Translations under genes and position numbers: made by a program | Shown: positions 9,958 through 20,297 of the stretch, piece by piece | Position numbering within the stretch: position 1 is the stretch's first letter | How the letters are laid out: each line of letters starts with the position of its first letter | Origin: Thermoproteota archaeon | GTDB lineage: Archaea; Asgardarchaeota; Jordiarchaeia; Jordiarchaeales; Freyrarchaeaceae | Length of the DNA: 64,000 nt | Assembly (NCBI GenBank): GCA_029258835.1 | Contig: JAPDJY010000035.1 | Location: 32,001 to 96,000, forward strand | Reading direction: 5' to 3' | The notes under the pieces: generated by a model | What the model saw: only the letters and a program-made list of their open reading frames with translations | Databases searched by the model: none | Told to the model about the DNA's origin: nothing

Positions 9958-11142
9958 ATGAAAGTGTACTTTGCCCCTAACGGTATGGCTTTAGGACATG
10001 CTGGTAGATGCGTTCCCATAGCAAAGAAGCTGGCAAGCAAAGGTATTCAAGTTCTTTTCTCAACGTATGGCGACGCCGTCGAGTTCATTAAGGCGTCCGG
10101 GCTTCCCGTCGTCACGGTTCCAGAGATCAAGTTGATTGAGGGAGAAGATGGAACCGTTGAAATGCTACAAACGAGCATAAGGTGGCCGAAATACGTTGCG
10201 GTGTTCATTAGGCAGCTTATCAGGGAGATCGAGCTACTCAGGAGCTTTAGGCCAGACGTTGTCGTATCCGACTCTAGGCTTTCGCCAGTGCTCGCTTCTG
10301 CTTTGCTAAGAATCCCATGCATACTCTTACTTCATCAAATCAAGCTAATAATACCGCATAAGAAGCCTTTAAGTAAGATTAAGAGAAAGCTTAAGGCTTT
10401 CGGTGAATGGATAATCCTCAACGTGCTCTGGCTGATGTGGAGTCGGAGCACGAGAATTCTAGTTCCAGACTTCCCTCCGCCATACACTATAGCTAAGGAG
10501 CATGTAAACGTTCCTGTGAAGTTCCTGAAAAAAGTCAGGTTTATCGGCCAAATAATAGATAAGATGGCTTACGAGCTACCAGATAAGGAGGAGGTTAAGC
10601 GGAAGCTGGGATTTGATGGACGCCCCTTAATTTACATAGGCATATCTGGCACGAAAAAAGAAAGGAAGGCCATAAATAAAATTCTTAGAAGGATAATCCA
10701 TGATTTCCCTAAAGACTACCAAATCATAATGAGTACAGGGGATCCGGGGGGAGTGAGAGAAGTTTACAGGGGGAATGGAGTGAGAATTTTTAATTGGCTC
10801 CCTGACAGATATGCCGTTCTTAAATCATGTGACCTTGTTATTTCGCGTTCAGGCCACAACACGATAGCTGAGTCAATGTATTATGGCGTCCCATTGATTT
10901 TGATACCTACTCCCGCCCATACGGAGCATCAGATGAACGCCAAGTCGGCTGAAGAGATGGGCGTGGCGAAGGTTATTCAGCAAGATGAACTAAACAGAGA
11001 GACGCTTCTTAAAGCGGTTAGGGAAGTTCTGGAGTCAAATCTCATCAGGAAAAGAGTGATTAAGATCCAGGAAAAATTGCTGAAGAACAATTCGATCCAA
11101 GAGGTTATTAACGAGATAATTTTACTTGCGGGAAGGCGGTGA
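9958..11142 (+). CDS. GT28/MurG-like glycosyltransferase
   Basis: G.ALGHAGR, PDVVVSD, ISRSGHNT..E, P...HTEH..NA. Confidence 0.85.
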   Translation: MKVYFAPNGMALGHAGRCVPIAKKLASKGIQVLFSTYGDAVEFIKASGLPVVTVPEIKLIEGEDGTVEMLQTSIRWPKYVAVFIRQLIREIELLRSFRPDVVVSDSRLSPVLASALLRIPCILLLHQIKLIIPHKKPLSKIKRKLKAFGEWIILNVLWLMWSRSTRILVPDFPPPYTIAKEHVNVPVKFLKKVRFIGQIIDKMAYELPDKEEVKRKLGFDGRPLIYIGISGTKKERKAINKILRRIIHDFPKDYQIIMSTGDPGGVREVYRGNGVRIFNWLPDRYAVLKSCDLVISRSGHNTIAESMYYGVPLILIPTPAHTEHQMNAKSAEEMGVAKVIQQDELNRETLLKAVREVLESNLIRKRVIKIQEKLLKNNSIQEVINEIILLAGRR

Positions 11143-11148
11143 AAACAG

Positions 11149-12006
11149 TTGTTAGAGGGTGTTAAGAGCGATCTAGAAAGGTTTCTCTTGGAGGACTTAG
11201 GTTTCGGGGACGTAACGAGTGAAGCCGTTATACCGGAGGAGGTTGAAATAGAAGGAGAAATAATTAGTAAGGAAAGAGGCATAATTGCAGGAGTGAATGA
11301 GGCAAAAATGGTTTTCGAGATGGTTGGAGTTAAGGTGGACGTGAAGGTTAAGGATGGAGATGCCGTCGAGAAAGGACAGGTTATCATGAAAGTTAAGGGA
11401 CGGGCAAGGACAATTCTAGGGGCTGAGAGGACGGCGCTTAACATTCTGATGATTATGAGTGGGATAGCCACTGAGACAGCGAAGATCGTTGAGACGGCTC
11501 GAAGGCTGAACAGCAAGGTTAGGGTAGCATGTACCAGAAAAACTACTCCTGGATTCAGGTACTTTGAGAAGAAGGCTGTTGAGGCTGGAGGAGGCGACCC
11601 GCATAGGTTCCGACTAGACGACATGATATTAATAAAAAATAACCATGTCAAAATAGTTGGAAGCGTCTCAGAGGCCATCAGAAGGGCGAGAGAGAGAGCA
11701 AGTTTCTCCAAGAAAATAGAGGTGGAGGTAAGTGAGCCTAGGGATGCGTTAGAAGCAGCATTATCTGGGGCAGATGTAATAATGCTCGACAACATGAGTA
11801 AAGAGAAAGTAAGAGAAACGTTAATGCTTCTAGAGCAGAAGGGGGTTAGAAAGGACGTTATAATTGAGGTATCAGGAGGGATAAGTCTCGAAAACGTTGA
11901 AGAATATGCTGAGCTGGACGTGGACGTGCTCTCCTTAGGCTACGTAACACACTCATCGAAAGCCTTGGACTTAAGCCTGTATGTAACGAAAATTCTAAAA
12001 ACATGA
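11149..12006 (+). CDS. nadC: Nicotinate-nucleotide pyrophosphorylase (QPRTase)
   Basis: EDLG.GDVT, ERTALN, TRKTTPG, HRFRLDD, IMLDNM, SGGI. Confidence 0.96.
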   Translation: MLEGVKSDLERFLLEDLGFGDVTSEAVIPEEVEIEGEIISKERGIIAGVNEAKMVFEMVGVKVDVKVKDGDAVEKGQVIMKVKGRARTILGAERTALNILMIMSGIATETAKIVETARRLNSKVRVACTRKTTPGFRYFEKKAVEAGGGDPHRFRLDDMILIKNNHVKIVGSVSEAIRRARERASFSKKIEVEVSEPRDALEAALSGADVIMLDNMSKEKVRETLMLLEQKGVRKDVIIEVSGGISLENVEEYAELDVDVLSLGYVTHSSKALDLSLYVTKILKT

Positions 12007-12384
12007 CATAGAAAGAACTGGAAATCAGATTGAGCGCCCGAGAGGTAAGAGATTCTTTAAGCAAGAATGCAAAAACGGGAATATACTGCCTTCTTCATAA
12101 ACGAGGCCTCCATTAAGGGTTGGTATGATAATTTGATTAGAGGAAAATGAGCAGCTTATACGTTAGATGAGCGGGAAATGCTTTAAATAATTCTTCCATC
12201 TTGGAAGAGAATATTTAAAATAAGCAAGGAGGCCTGCAGAATTAATTAGTTAGAAGAGCAAGATAACCTTTATATTCTGTCTGAATCTTCTTCTTAACAA
12301 TAATGAAACAATTTAGACGAAGAGTGGAAGGAGGCAAAGGAGAGATAACGCGGATATGAGAAATTAAGTTTTAACACTTGGAGG

Positions 12385-13665
12385 ATGTCTTTTTTGGAAA
12401 TTACGTTTCTAGGTGGCTGTCAGACTGTAGGTGGATCTGGTGTTTTCATATCTGATGGAAAAACTAACGTTTTAATAGATTATGGAGTTTACATGGGGCG
12501 GAAGGAAAAGCCAATGCCGAATCTACCCCCAGACAAGGTGGATGCGGTCTTCCTCACCCATGCACATTTAGATCACGTAGGGGCGACACCTATCCTTTAT
12601 GATGAGAACCATGAAACCAGCCCACCAGTATATGTAACGCCGCCTACACAGGGACTGCTGCCATTGCTAATAGACGATATGCTGAAGATCAAGAAGTTTC
12701 CTTTTGGCAAGAGGGAAGAAAGAAGGATGCTAGGTAGGGCGAGGCTAGTAAATTATGGGGATTTTGTCAAAGTTGGAAGCATAAAAGTAAAGATAATAAA
12801 TTCGGGGCACATACCGGGAGCGTATTCTGCCCTAATAGAGGCTGATGGAAAACGAATATTTTATACGTCAGACTTTAACACTAGGGCAACTCGCCTTGTG
12901 CAAAACGCAGACTTCAACGGGATAAAGCCTGAAGTGGTAATTATAGAAAGCACGTACGCACTAGAAGAGCACCCGGAACGGTTAGAGACGGAGAAGGCGT
13001 TAGTAAATGCGATAATGGAGACCGTGGAAAACGGAGGAGTGGTCCTGATCCCAGCATTTGCCGTAGCAAGGTCGCAGGAGATACTTTGCGTCTTAGAAAG
13101 GTACAATTTAAACTACAGTTACAGTATAACTCTTGATGGGATGGCACGTGACGCGAGCAGAATATTACTTCAATACCCGGACTATCTTAAAGACTATGAG
13201 AGCCTTCTTAGAGCATTAAGCAATTGTAAGTGGGTGCGCAGGTTCCATGATAGGGTTGAAGCAGTAAGCCGTCCAGGAGTAGTCGTTTCAACGGCAGGCA
13301 TGCTTAAAGGCGGCCCAACCATTCACTACATGAGAATGTTAGCAAAAGACCCTGAAAACGCTGTCTTCCTAGTTAGCTTCCAAGTACCCGGAACACCGGG
13401 AAGATTGCTTCTTGATACAGGGTACTTCCCCCTCTATGGAAAACCAGAACGTGTAAACGCTCAAGTTAGGTTCTTCAACTTTTCATCTCATGCCGACGGA
13501 AAACAAATACGTCAAGTAATAGAAACACTCAACCATAATAATTCACCAATATACTTTACAATGCACGGTGAGAAGGAGGCTTGCAGAGCCCTAGCAGAAG
13601 AAATACAGGAAAAATACGATAAGGAGGCTATAACGCCAAAAGCCGGAGAAACGTATGAGATATAA
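12385..13665 (+). CDS. beta-CASP MBL-fold ribonuclease (aCPSF2-like)
   Basis: THAHLDH, SGHIPG, IESTY, IPAFAVARSQE, AGMLKGG, FSSHAD, MHGE. Confidence 0.92.
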   Translation: MSFLEITFLGGCQTVGGSGVFISDGKTNVLIDYGVYMGRKEKPMPNLPPDKVDAVFLTHAHLDHVGATPILYDENHETSPPVYVTPPTQGLLPLLIDDMLKIKKFPFGKREERRMLGRARLVNYGDFVKVGSIKVKIINSGHIPGAYSALIEADGKRIFYTSDFNTRATRLVQNADFNGIKPEVVIIESTYALEEHPERLETEKALVNAIMETVENGGVVLIPAFAVARSQEILCVLERYNLNYSYSITLDGMARDASRILLQYPDYLKDYESLLRALSNCKWVRRFHDRVEAVSRPGVVVSTAGMLKGGPTIHYMRMLAKDPENAVFLVSFQVPGTPGRLLLDTGYFPLYGKPERVNAQVRFFNFSSHADGKQIRQVIETLNHNNSPIYFTMHGEKEACRALAEEIQEKYDKEAITPKAGETYEI

Positions 13666-13714
13666 TTAGATGACACTTAAAATTTGCAACCCAAAAGTTT
13701 TGGAAAACACTTGA

Positions 13715-13933
13715 TTATCGAGGTTTAATTTTCCTTGCTTCCCTCTCAGTTTCTCTTAACATAACTATGTCACCGACTCTGACGGGTCCACGAATATTTC
13801 GGGTTAGAATACGTCCTCTATCTGGACCATCAAGAATGCGTACACGACACTGAATTATCTCGCCGTAAACGCCAGTTCTATCTACTATGGCTATTACCTC
13901 AGCTGGTGTCGCAGTATCCTGCTGGGAACTCAT
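13715..13933 (-). CDS. rps28e: 30S ribosomal protein S28e
   Basis: [40 protein letters not shown]; start at the ATG after GGAGG. Confidence 0.97.
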   Translation of the reverse strand: MSSQQDTATPAEVIAIVDRTGVYGEIIQCRVRILDGPDRGRILTRNIRGPVRVGDIVMLRETEREARKIKPR

Positions 13934-14157
13934 ACCTTTACCTCCTTTTTTAATCGGGCTAAATTTAACACTTTCAGCAGCCAACTGTTGGAAGGAAGCA
14001 ATAAAAAGTTTTCTGGAAATAATGTTGAAAAGGAGAAATAGCTTCTAGTAGCATTTAAAAGAGAGGAAGTTAGTCAGAGTAAGAGGTCGCCGAGGAAACT
14101 TGCTTCGGGATTGAATGCGGTATGCGGTATCCTGAGGAAGAAGTTTTTAGGGGATCA

Positions 14158-15675
14158 TTAACGGGAATTTACCGGCTTATTATCCATGGCATAGGGTATG
14201 TAACGTATCACGTCGGTGGCTGTTATATGGTATCCACTTTGTTGCACGGCGAGGTCTCCGGCTTTCCCGTTTATGAACGCGGCAGCTACAGCGGCCTTAA
14301 ATGGTTCCTTCCTCCAAGAGAGAATGGCGGCGCAACATCCTGTAAGAACGTCCCCTGTCCCTCCAACGGTCATGCCAGGATTTCCAGTAAGGTTTAATTT
14401 CACTTTCTCTCCGTTAGAGATTACATCCCAGTGGGCCTTTAAGAGTATTGTTGCATTAAGGCGTCCTGCCCACTCCTTTACTTTTAATATTTTTTCTTCT
14501 AGTGGCTTGCCAAGAAGGTTTTCTCCTGTTAGGATGGTAAACTCTCCTTGATGGGGGGTCAGCACCATCTTGTTTCCCACAGCGTTTAACCTTTTCGGAA
14601 GCGCTTTTAACCCATCAGCATCTATTACAGTTGGAATGTCTTTTTCCTTAGCTAGAATTATGGTTTCTAAGACCGCTTCTTGTGTTTCCCTTTCAATTCC
14701 AAGTCCAGGTCCTATAGCTAAGGCTGACGATTGGTTTAGTAGATCCCCCACGATGTCTAGCGACTCTTTAGTGTAAACGTCTCCAGGGAGAGAGGCTACA
14801 ATCAGGTTAGGGGAGTATGAGCGTATGGCTTGGGCAACGCTTGATGGGGCTGCAACCACGACGATATCTACTCCCATTGTTAAAGCAGCTAAAGCAACTA
14901 GGGCTGGAGCGCCGGAATACTGCTTGCCCCCGCCAATAATCAGCACTCTTCCATGATCACCTTTATGTGATTGGGGGAGACGTTGAACTTTTATGATTTC
15001 GACGTCTCCGGGGCCGGCTATCAGCTCGGCTTCAGGGGGGATGCCTATCCGGTGAACTTCCAATTCTCCTGTTAACTGGGAGCCTAACAGTGCAGGTTTA
15101 GCGGCATGGAAAGAAACTGTTAAGTCTGCTTTTACCGCTCTCCCAGCAATTTCCCCTGTATCCGGGTTTAAACCTGAGGGAATGTCTACGGACACTTTAA
15201 AGCAGTTTAATGTGTTAATTAGGTCTATTGCTGACGCGGCGGGCTCCCTTACTTCGCCTTTAACTCCTGTTCCAAGGATGGCATCTATAACAACGTCTAC
15301 CTTGGCAAGGGTTTTTCTAAGGGTTTGAATTTCCGAAGAATCTCTAACTATGATTTTTTCTATTTTAAAGAGTTTTTTGGTGATGTTCCAGTTGGTTCGC
15401 GCCTCTGTGGTTCGAATTTTCTCTTCTTCCCCAAGTAAGACAACTTTTACTTTTGCGCCGAGAGATGCGAAGTGCCTAGCCGCTACGAGACCATCGCCTC
15501 CATTGTTTCCCAGTCCGCAGAAAACCACCACTTGCTTTTCTTTAATGTCAAACCTTCTAGCCACCGCATCCGCAACGCATCTTCCAGCGTTTTCCATTAG
15601 AAGAAGGCGTGATACACCTAGGAATTCAGCATTTAAGTCTATTGCCTTCATCTCCTCACTAGTTACGACTTTCAT
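14158..15675 (-). CDS. nnr: Bifunctional NAD(P)H-hydrate epimerase/dehydratase
   Basis: LMENAG, GNNGGDG, DAILGTG, HKGDHGRV, IDADGL, LTPHQGEF, GGTGDVLTG. Confidence 0.95.
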   Translation of the reverse strand: MKVVTSEEMKAIDLNAEFLGVSRLLLMENAGRCVADAVARRFDIKEKQVVVFCGLGNNGGDGLVAARHFASLGAKVKVVLLGEEEKIRTTEARTNWNITKKLFKIEKIIVRDSSEIQTLRKTLAKVDVVIDAILGTGVKGEVREPAASAIDLINTLNCFKVSVDIPSGLNPDTGEIAGRAVKADLTVSFHAAKPALLGSQLTGELEVHRIGIPPEAELIAGPGDVEIIKVQRLPQSHKGDHGRVLIIGGGKQYSGAPALVALAALTMGVDIVVVAAPSSVAQAIRSYSPNLIVASLPGDVYTKESLDIVGDLLNQSSALAIGPGLGIERETQEAVLETIILAKEKDIPTVIDADGLKALPKRLNAVGNKMVLTPHQGEFTILTGENLLGKPLEEKILKVKEWAGRLNATILLKAHWDVISNGEKVKLNLTGNPGMTVGGTGDVLTGCCAAILSWRKEPFKAAVAAAFINGKAGDLAVQQSGYHITATDVIRYIPYAMDNKPVNSR

Positions 15676-15769
15676 CCTCGGCACCCCGATGTTCCCAGAA
15701 GAAAAATACACGAAGTAAGCACTTTAACTTTAAGGTATTTCCTAGATAAAATATTGAGGGAGAAGGCTA

Positions 15770-16392
15770 ATGAAAGCTGGGGTGAAGCTGTTTCTACGAG
15801 CACTTCTAAACCTTTTAAAGGCAGTAATTAAGCCAAATTGTTTCAAATGCCAGAAATGTGGTGCTTGCTGCTCCGTTTATACCATATGCGTCACTGATTC
15901 AGATGTTAAAAAGGATAGCTGAAAAATATGGGGTTGATCCTTGCAGCTTTACTACAGGAGTGATTCCTGCTGGTAGAGTGGCACACACATACTCGGACAT
16001 TCCCAAATTCGGACATTCCCAGATTTATAGGGGGAGGATGGAGTGGAGAGGGTGTTGGCGTTAAGGGAGGAGGGAAAACGTATCTTCAACAGGGGTATGC
16101 GTGGTTTACCCTGTTAGACCGAGAGTGCGCAGAGTGTTTCCATTTGTATGGGGAAGGTGGAAAGTTTAAGCTTAACAGGGAAGCCCTCTTTTTCTGTAAA
16201 GGTATAGGGGGTGGAAGGCGCTGCGATTTTAACATGTTAACCGAGGAAGTGGAGGTGCTTGAAAAGGAAGGGAAGCGATACGAGGACGTGGTCAAGCTGT
16301 GGAATGGCCCCGTGAACGAAGGGAGGATTAAAAAGCCTATGGTGGAGAAATTTGTAAAGTTCATTATGGAGGGACGGGTGAATGGGGTTTAA
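15770..16392 (+). pseudogene. YkgJ-family Cys-cluster protein, frameshifted
   Basis: FKCQKCGACC in the frame of ATG 15770; a shift in the A-run near 15908 restores DVKRIAEKYG; a 16-bp imperfect tandem duplication lies near 15992-16024; CVVYPVRPRVRRVFPF follows in another frame. Confidence 0.75.
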
Positions 16393-17251
16393 GGAGCTCT
16401 ACGTAACGGCTAAAGAACCCTTCTTGTCGTGTTCAAAGGGGTATGGTGAAGCAATTATCGTGTTACTGGGTGTTCCATTTGATGGTACGAGTACATATAA
16501 GCCGGGTTCCAGGTTTGCACCTGAAGCAATCAGAGAAGCGTCGCGGAACATGGAAAGCTTTAGCTTAAAGTATAGGGCTGACGTGAAGGATTTAGGCTTC
16601 TGCGACTTGGGAGACTTGGACGTAGTTCCGGGGAACGTCCACGAAACACTTAGAAGGCTAGGGAACGTAATGACGGAATTAATTGATGACGGAAAGAAAC
16701 CTGCGGTTTTAGGAGGGGAGCACACCATCACATTGGCCGTTGTCGAACGCTTGAAAGGCGTTGGAGTAATCCAGTTCGACGCGCACATGGACCTAAGGGA
16801 TGATTACGCTGGACAGAGGGTTTCCCATGCAACATTTGCTAGAAGGCTTCACGAGAGAGGGGTTCCCTTACTTCAACTTGGCGTGAGGGCGTGCTCAAGA
16901 GAGGAATACAGGTACGCTAGAGAAAACAATGTGAGGTTTGTGTCTGCTTATGACATACGCGACTCCTTAATTTATGCGATAAACACTCTGAGGGATTTCC
17001 AAGAGGAGGTAGGGAGAGTTTACGTTACGGTGGATGTCGACGTGTTAGACCCGGCATTTGCTCCTGAGGTAGGGAGCCCCGAACCTGAAGGATTAACCAT
17101 GAGGGAACTCATGAAACTACTGGAAAACTGTGAGGGAATAGTTGGCTTCGACGTGGTCGAGGTTACACCCACAGGAGGAAGAACAGCGTTTACAGCCGCG
17201 AAAATAGCCTTCGAACTCATGTTCAAACTTCATGGCATGCCAGCCGACTAA
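16382..17251 (+). CDS. speB: Agmatinase
   Basis: GVPFDGT.TY.PGSRFAP, GGEHTIT, DAHMD, SHAT, DVDVLDP. Confidence 0.93.
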   Translation: MGFKELYVTAKEPFLSCSKGYGEAIIVLLGVPFDGTSTYKPGSRFAPEAIREASRNMESFSLKYRADVKDLGFCDLGDLDVVPGNVHETLRRLGNVMTELIDDGKKPAVLGGEHTITLAVVERLKGVGVIQFDAHMDLRDDYAGQRVSHATFARRLHERGVPLLQLGVRACSREEYRYARENNVRFVSAYDIRDSLIYAINTLRDFQEEVGRVYVTVDVDVLDPAFAPEVGSPEPEGLTMRELMKLLENCEGIVGFDVVEVTPTGGRTAFTAAKIAFELMFKLHGMPAD

Positions 17252-17257
17252 ATACTT

Positions 17258-18064
17258 CTAGATTAAACCTATTTTCTGAGGGCGATGCTCTAAGAGCGAT
17301 TCGAGGGGAGCCATAAACCCTACGTCCTGCTTCCTAATGTAAACGTTCGGTATCCCGGTAGCTTTGCCTGCCTCAACCATCTCCTCCAGAGTAGGCCTCC
17401 TTAACCGTTTCATTTCATCCTTCCAAGCAAGGTTTGGCTCGAACTCCTGCAGGGTGTAGCTTGCTTCACCCCTTTCAGCCTTCTCACCGTAGCCCAGCTT
17501 AAGAAGTGTTTCCCCAATGTTCCTCATGTGCTCCGGTTTATCATTAACCGTCGGAATAAAGGTGGTTCTGAGATCAGCGTAAACACTGCTCGAGAAAAGG
17601 TGGGTTAAAGTTTTCTTGAGGCGCTTAATAGCTTCGGCGCCGGCGTTAACACCTATAACCTTGCTGTACAGGTCTGGGTCATTAAACGCTGCCTTAACGT
17701 CAACCGAGACCAAGTCTACATGCCCCAGCAGGTTTCCCACCACTTCCGGAAAGTACCCGTTAGTGTCAAACCCGAAAAGGAGACTATTCTCCTTGCAGAA
17801 GTCGGATAAGCCACGCAAGAAATCAGGGTAAAGGGTGGGTTCACCTCCAGATACTTTAACAGCTTCAACCGCGTCAATAGCTCTTTTCAGTTTTGAAAGG
17901 AGCTCGTCAAAGGCCTTTTCATGTTCAGGTTTAACCTCGAGCATACGCCAGTTATGACACATAGGGCAACGGAAAGGGCACCCTGGAACGAATATGACTA
18001 ATGCAGGGTTACGAGGATAGTCTACCAAGCTAAGCTCAACGACGCCTGACACTAAAACTTTCAT
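17258..18064 (-). CDS. Radical SAM, anaerobic ribonucleotide reductase activase-like
   Basis: SLVDYP, GCPFRCPMCHN, SGGEPT, DTNG. Confidence 0.85.
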   Translation of the reverse strand: MKVLVSGVVELSLVDYPRNPALVIFVPGCPFRCPMCHNWRMLEVKPEHEKAFDELLSKLKRAIDAVEAVKVSGGEPTLYPDFLRGLSDFCKENSLLFGFDTNGYFPEVVGNLLGHVDLVSVDVKAAFNDPDLYSKVIGVNAGAEAIKRLKKTLTHLFSSSVYADLRTTFIPTVNDKPEHMRNIGETLLKLGYGEKAERGEASYTLQEFEPNLAWKDEMKRLRRPTLEEMVEAGKATGIPNVYIRKQDVGFMAPLESLLEHRPQKIGLI

Positions 18065-18195
18065 CAAGCACACCGCCAAGAAGCGAATTAGCTCATGTAA
18101 CCATTTAAGAATACTTCAAAAAACACTTTTAAATATTAAGCATCTCCAAGACATACGTGTCTTAAGCGTACATGGAATAATGTGAGGGGGTTAAT

Positions 18196-18615
18196 ATGAA
18201 TCATAAGAAGGCATACATAACAGAGTTCGTTGACGTTAAGAAGGACACGATGATGAACATACCATCAAACATAGCGGAGGCCCTCAAAATTAAGGAAGGA
18301 ACACGCTTACTCATAGTCGCAGACATCAACAAAATGAACTTCGTAGCGTACCCGATAGTTAAAGAGGAGAGAATGCTCGCCGAAGTAAAAGTGAGAATGC
18401 TTGATAAGCCCGGAGCGCTAGGTGAAATAGCCACCGCTCTCGGAGAAATGGGGATAAACATACACACTACGCTAATTCCCCCAAGCACAACGGGTGTGTC
18501 GGACGCGTACCTAATAGTCGACTGCACTGAAAGTAAGGTTCCACTAACCGAGGTCGAGGAGAAACTGGGGAAACTCAAAAACACAATTGAAGTAGAAGTG
18601 AACCCATTAGAGTGA
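18196..18615 (+). CDS. AbrB-like N-terminus plus ACT domain protein (putative regulator)
   Basis: IP..IAEALKIKEG swapped-hairpin-like motif; DKPGALGEIA..L...GINI ACT motif. Confidence 0.75.
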   Translation: MNHKKAYITEFVDVKKDTMMNIPSNIAEALKIKEGTRLLIVADINKMNFVAYPIVKEERMLAEVKVRMLDKPGALGEIATALGEMGINIHTTLIPPSTTGVSDAYLIVDCTESKVPLTEVEEKLGKLKNTIEVEVNPLE

Positions 18616-18641
18616 AACAGGTAAATAAAGGAAGCGGAAAA

Positions 18642-19289
18642 ATGGAGAGAACACTTGTACTCTTAAAACCAGACGCTACCGTTAGGCGCTTCGTTGGAGC
18701 AAACACCATAAAAGCACTACTTGACGAAGGCTACGAAATACATAAGTTTGCAGAGATACAAGTCAACAGGAAACTTGCAGAGCAACACTACGAGGAACAT
18801 GCAGGCAAACCATTTTTCAACTGGCTTGTCTTCTTCATAATGGTAGCCCCAGTCGTAGCCATGGAAGTAAAAGGAGAAAACGTTGTACAAGGCGTAAGAA
18901 AGCTGCTAGGGGCAACCTTAGTCCAAAATGCAGAGCCAAACACGATCAGAGGAAAATATGGAATATGGGGGGGAGTAAACGTAGCCCACGCATCAGATTC
19001 CATTCAAACAGCAGAAAGAGAACTATCCATCTGGCTCACCAAAACAGAACTAGGGGAAAAAGAAAACGGAAAACAGGCAGAAAAATACGTTGAAAAATGG
19101 ATCCAGTCTCCAAGAGACAACACTCAAAAACTTAGAAAAATCTGCGAGAACCTCTCAGAAGGAAAAATTGAAGCAGAAAGCGCACAAGAAGAAATAGAAA
19201 TGTTAATACTTGAAGAAAACCCTCATACTAATAGTCAATACGTAACCAAATTAGCAAAAGCAATAGTTCAAAACTGCCTAATAGATTAA
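18642..19289 (+). CDS. ndk: Nucleoside diphosphate kinase with C-terminal helical extension
   Basis: ERTLVLLKPDA, HYEEHAGKPFF, TIRG.YG, NVAHASDS. Confidence 0.9.
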   Translation: MERTLVLLKPDATVRRFVGANTIKALLDEGYEIHKFAEIQVNRKLAEQHYEEHAGKPFFNWLVFFIMVAPVVAMEVKGENVVQGVRKLLGATLVQNAEPNTIRGKYGIWGGVNVAHASDSIQTAERELSIWLTKTELGEKENGKQAEKYVEKWIQSPRDNTQKLRKICENLSEGKIEAESAQEEIEMLILEENPHTNSQYVTKLAKAIVQNCLID

Positions 19290-19411
19290 AAATACTTACC
19301 CATCAAATTTTCATCTTTTTTAACGTTATTATCCAAGAAATTTTCAAACGCCACCCCCAAAAGACGAAAACATTAACTAAGAAGATTAAAATTCCAAAAT
19401 GTCGTAGGTTG

Positions 19412-19627
19412 TTACCTAGCTTTCTCATAAAAACGCGTCCATTTAAATTTACGAGGCTTCCGCTTTAGCTTAAGCATGTTCTTCCGACACTTGCTTGAGC
19501 AAAACCTTAAAACAGAGCCGTCACGTTTCACGTACTGTATGCCAGTTCCAGGCTCTATGTCTTTACCACAGAATGAACACGTGAACACCTTCAAATCAGA
19601 CACCAGCATACAACAAAACAGAAACAT
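19412..19627 (-). CDS. rpl24e: 50S ribosomal protein L24e
   Basis: CSFCG..IEPGTG..YVKRDG..FCSSKC..PRKFKWT; exact start uncertain. Confidence 0.95.
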   Translation of the reverse strand: MFLFCCMLVSDLKVFTCSFCGKDIEPGTGIQYVKRDGSVLRFCSSKCRKNMLKLKRKPRKFKWTRFYEKAR

Positions 19628-19669
19628 AACTTAAATTTTTCCCTCCCCTTTAAAAGAAGCTTAATAAGG

Positions 19670-20221
19670 CTACACTTGGCTACGCGAAAGGATTATAAGC
19701 CTAGCAAGATCGGCAAAAACTTCATTGACGTTCTCGCCGGTTTTAGCACTAGTTTCAAAATAAAGTAGGTTCCTCTTAATAGCAAATTCAAGAGCGTCCT
19801 CAAGCGAGACCGAACGAGGAAGATCACGCTTATTCCCAACCAGAATCATTGGGATATCGCCACAATACTGCTCAACCTCCTCAATCCACGACGGCAAATG
19901 CTCAAACGACTCATAGTTAGTTACATCGTAAACACAAAGGCTGCCGATCGCCCCACGATAATATAAAGGCCGTATATGAGCAAAGCGCTCCTGACCACTC
20001 TGATCCCACACTTGATACTTAACAAGCCTTCTCCCAAAAGGCGTATCAACCTCAATGGTCTTAACGGCAAAATCCACTCCAATCGTCATCTTATAGGATT
20101 CTCGGAATATCCCCTGGCTGAAACGCATGGTAATGGATGTTTTCCCGACGCCGCCATCGCCCACGACAACTACTTTGAAGAGATATGAGTATTCGTTCTC
20201 AGGTTGCAACGTAATCTCCAC
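19670..20221 (-). CDS. Rab-like small GTPase
   Basis: GDGGVGKT, TIGVDF, WDQSGQERF, YYRGA, VYDVT, NKRD, ETSAK. Confidence 0.95.
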   Translation of the reverse strand: MEITLQPENEYSYLFKVVVVGDGGVGKTSITMRFSQGIFRESYKMTIGVDFAVKTIEVDTPFGRRLVKYQVWDQSGQERFAHIRPLYYRGAIGSLCVYDVTNYESFEHLPSWIEEVEQYCGDIPMILVGNKRDLPRSVSLEDALEFAIKRNLLYFETSAKTGENVNEVFADLARLIILSRSQV

Positions 20222-20297
20222 ACTTGGACTGTTTAATTCAAAAGTTTCTGAGGAAAGGAATGTCCTAAAAAAGTTTCTGTTAGGGGGTTTTTGACGC

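Noticed and set aside
10977-11795. 272-aa antisense ORF over nadC, and the many similar antisense ORFs in the track
   Set aside because: Antisense shadows of well-supported genes, with S/L/T/F-rich composition
14070-14135. TGCGGTA direct repeat and CTGA upstream of rps28e
   Set aside because: Only two short copies and no convincing structure
20240-20280. Repeated AAAAGTTTCTG, also near 21766, as possible ORB elements
   Set aside because: Better explained as minus-strand BRE/TATA-like promoter sequences; lacks the ORB inverted core and G-string, and no cdc6 is nearby
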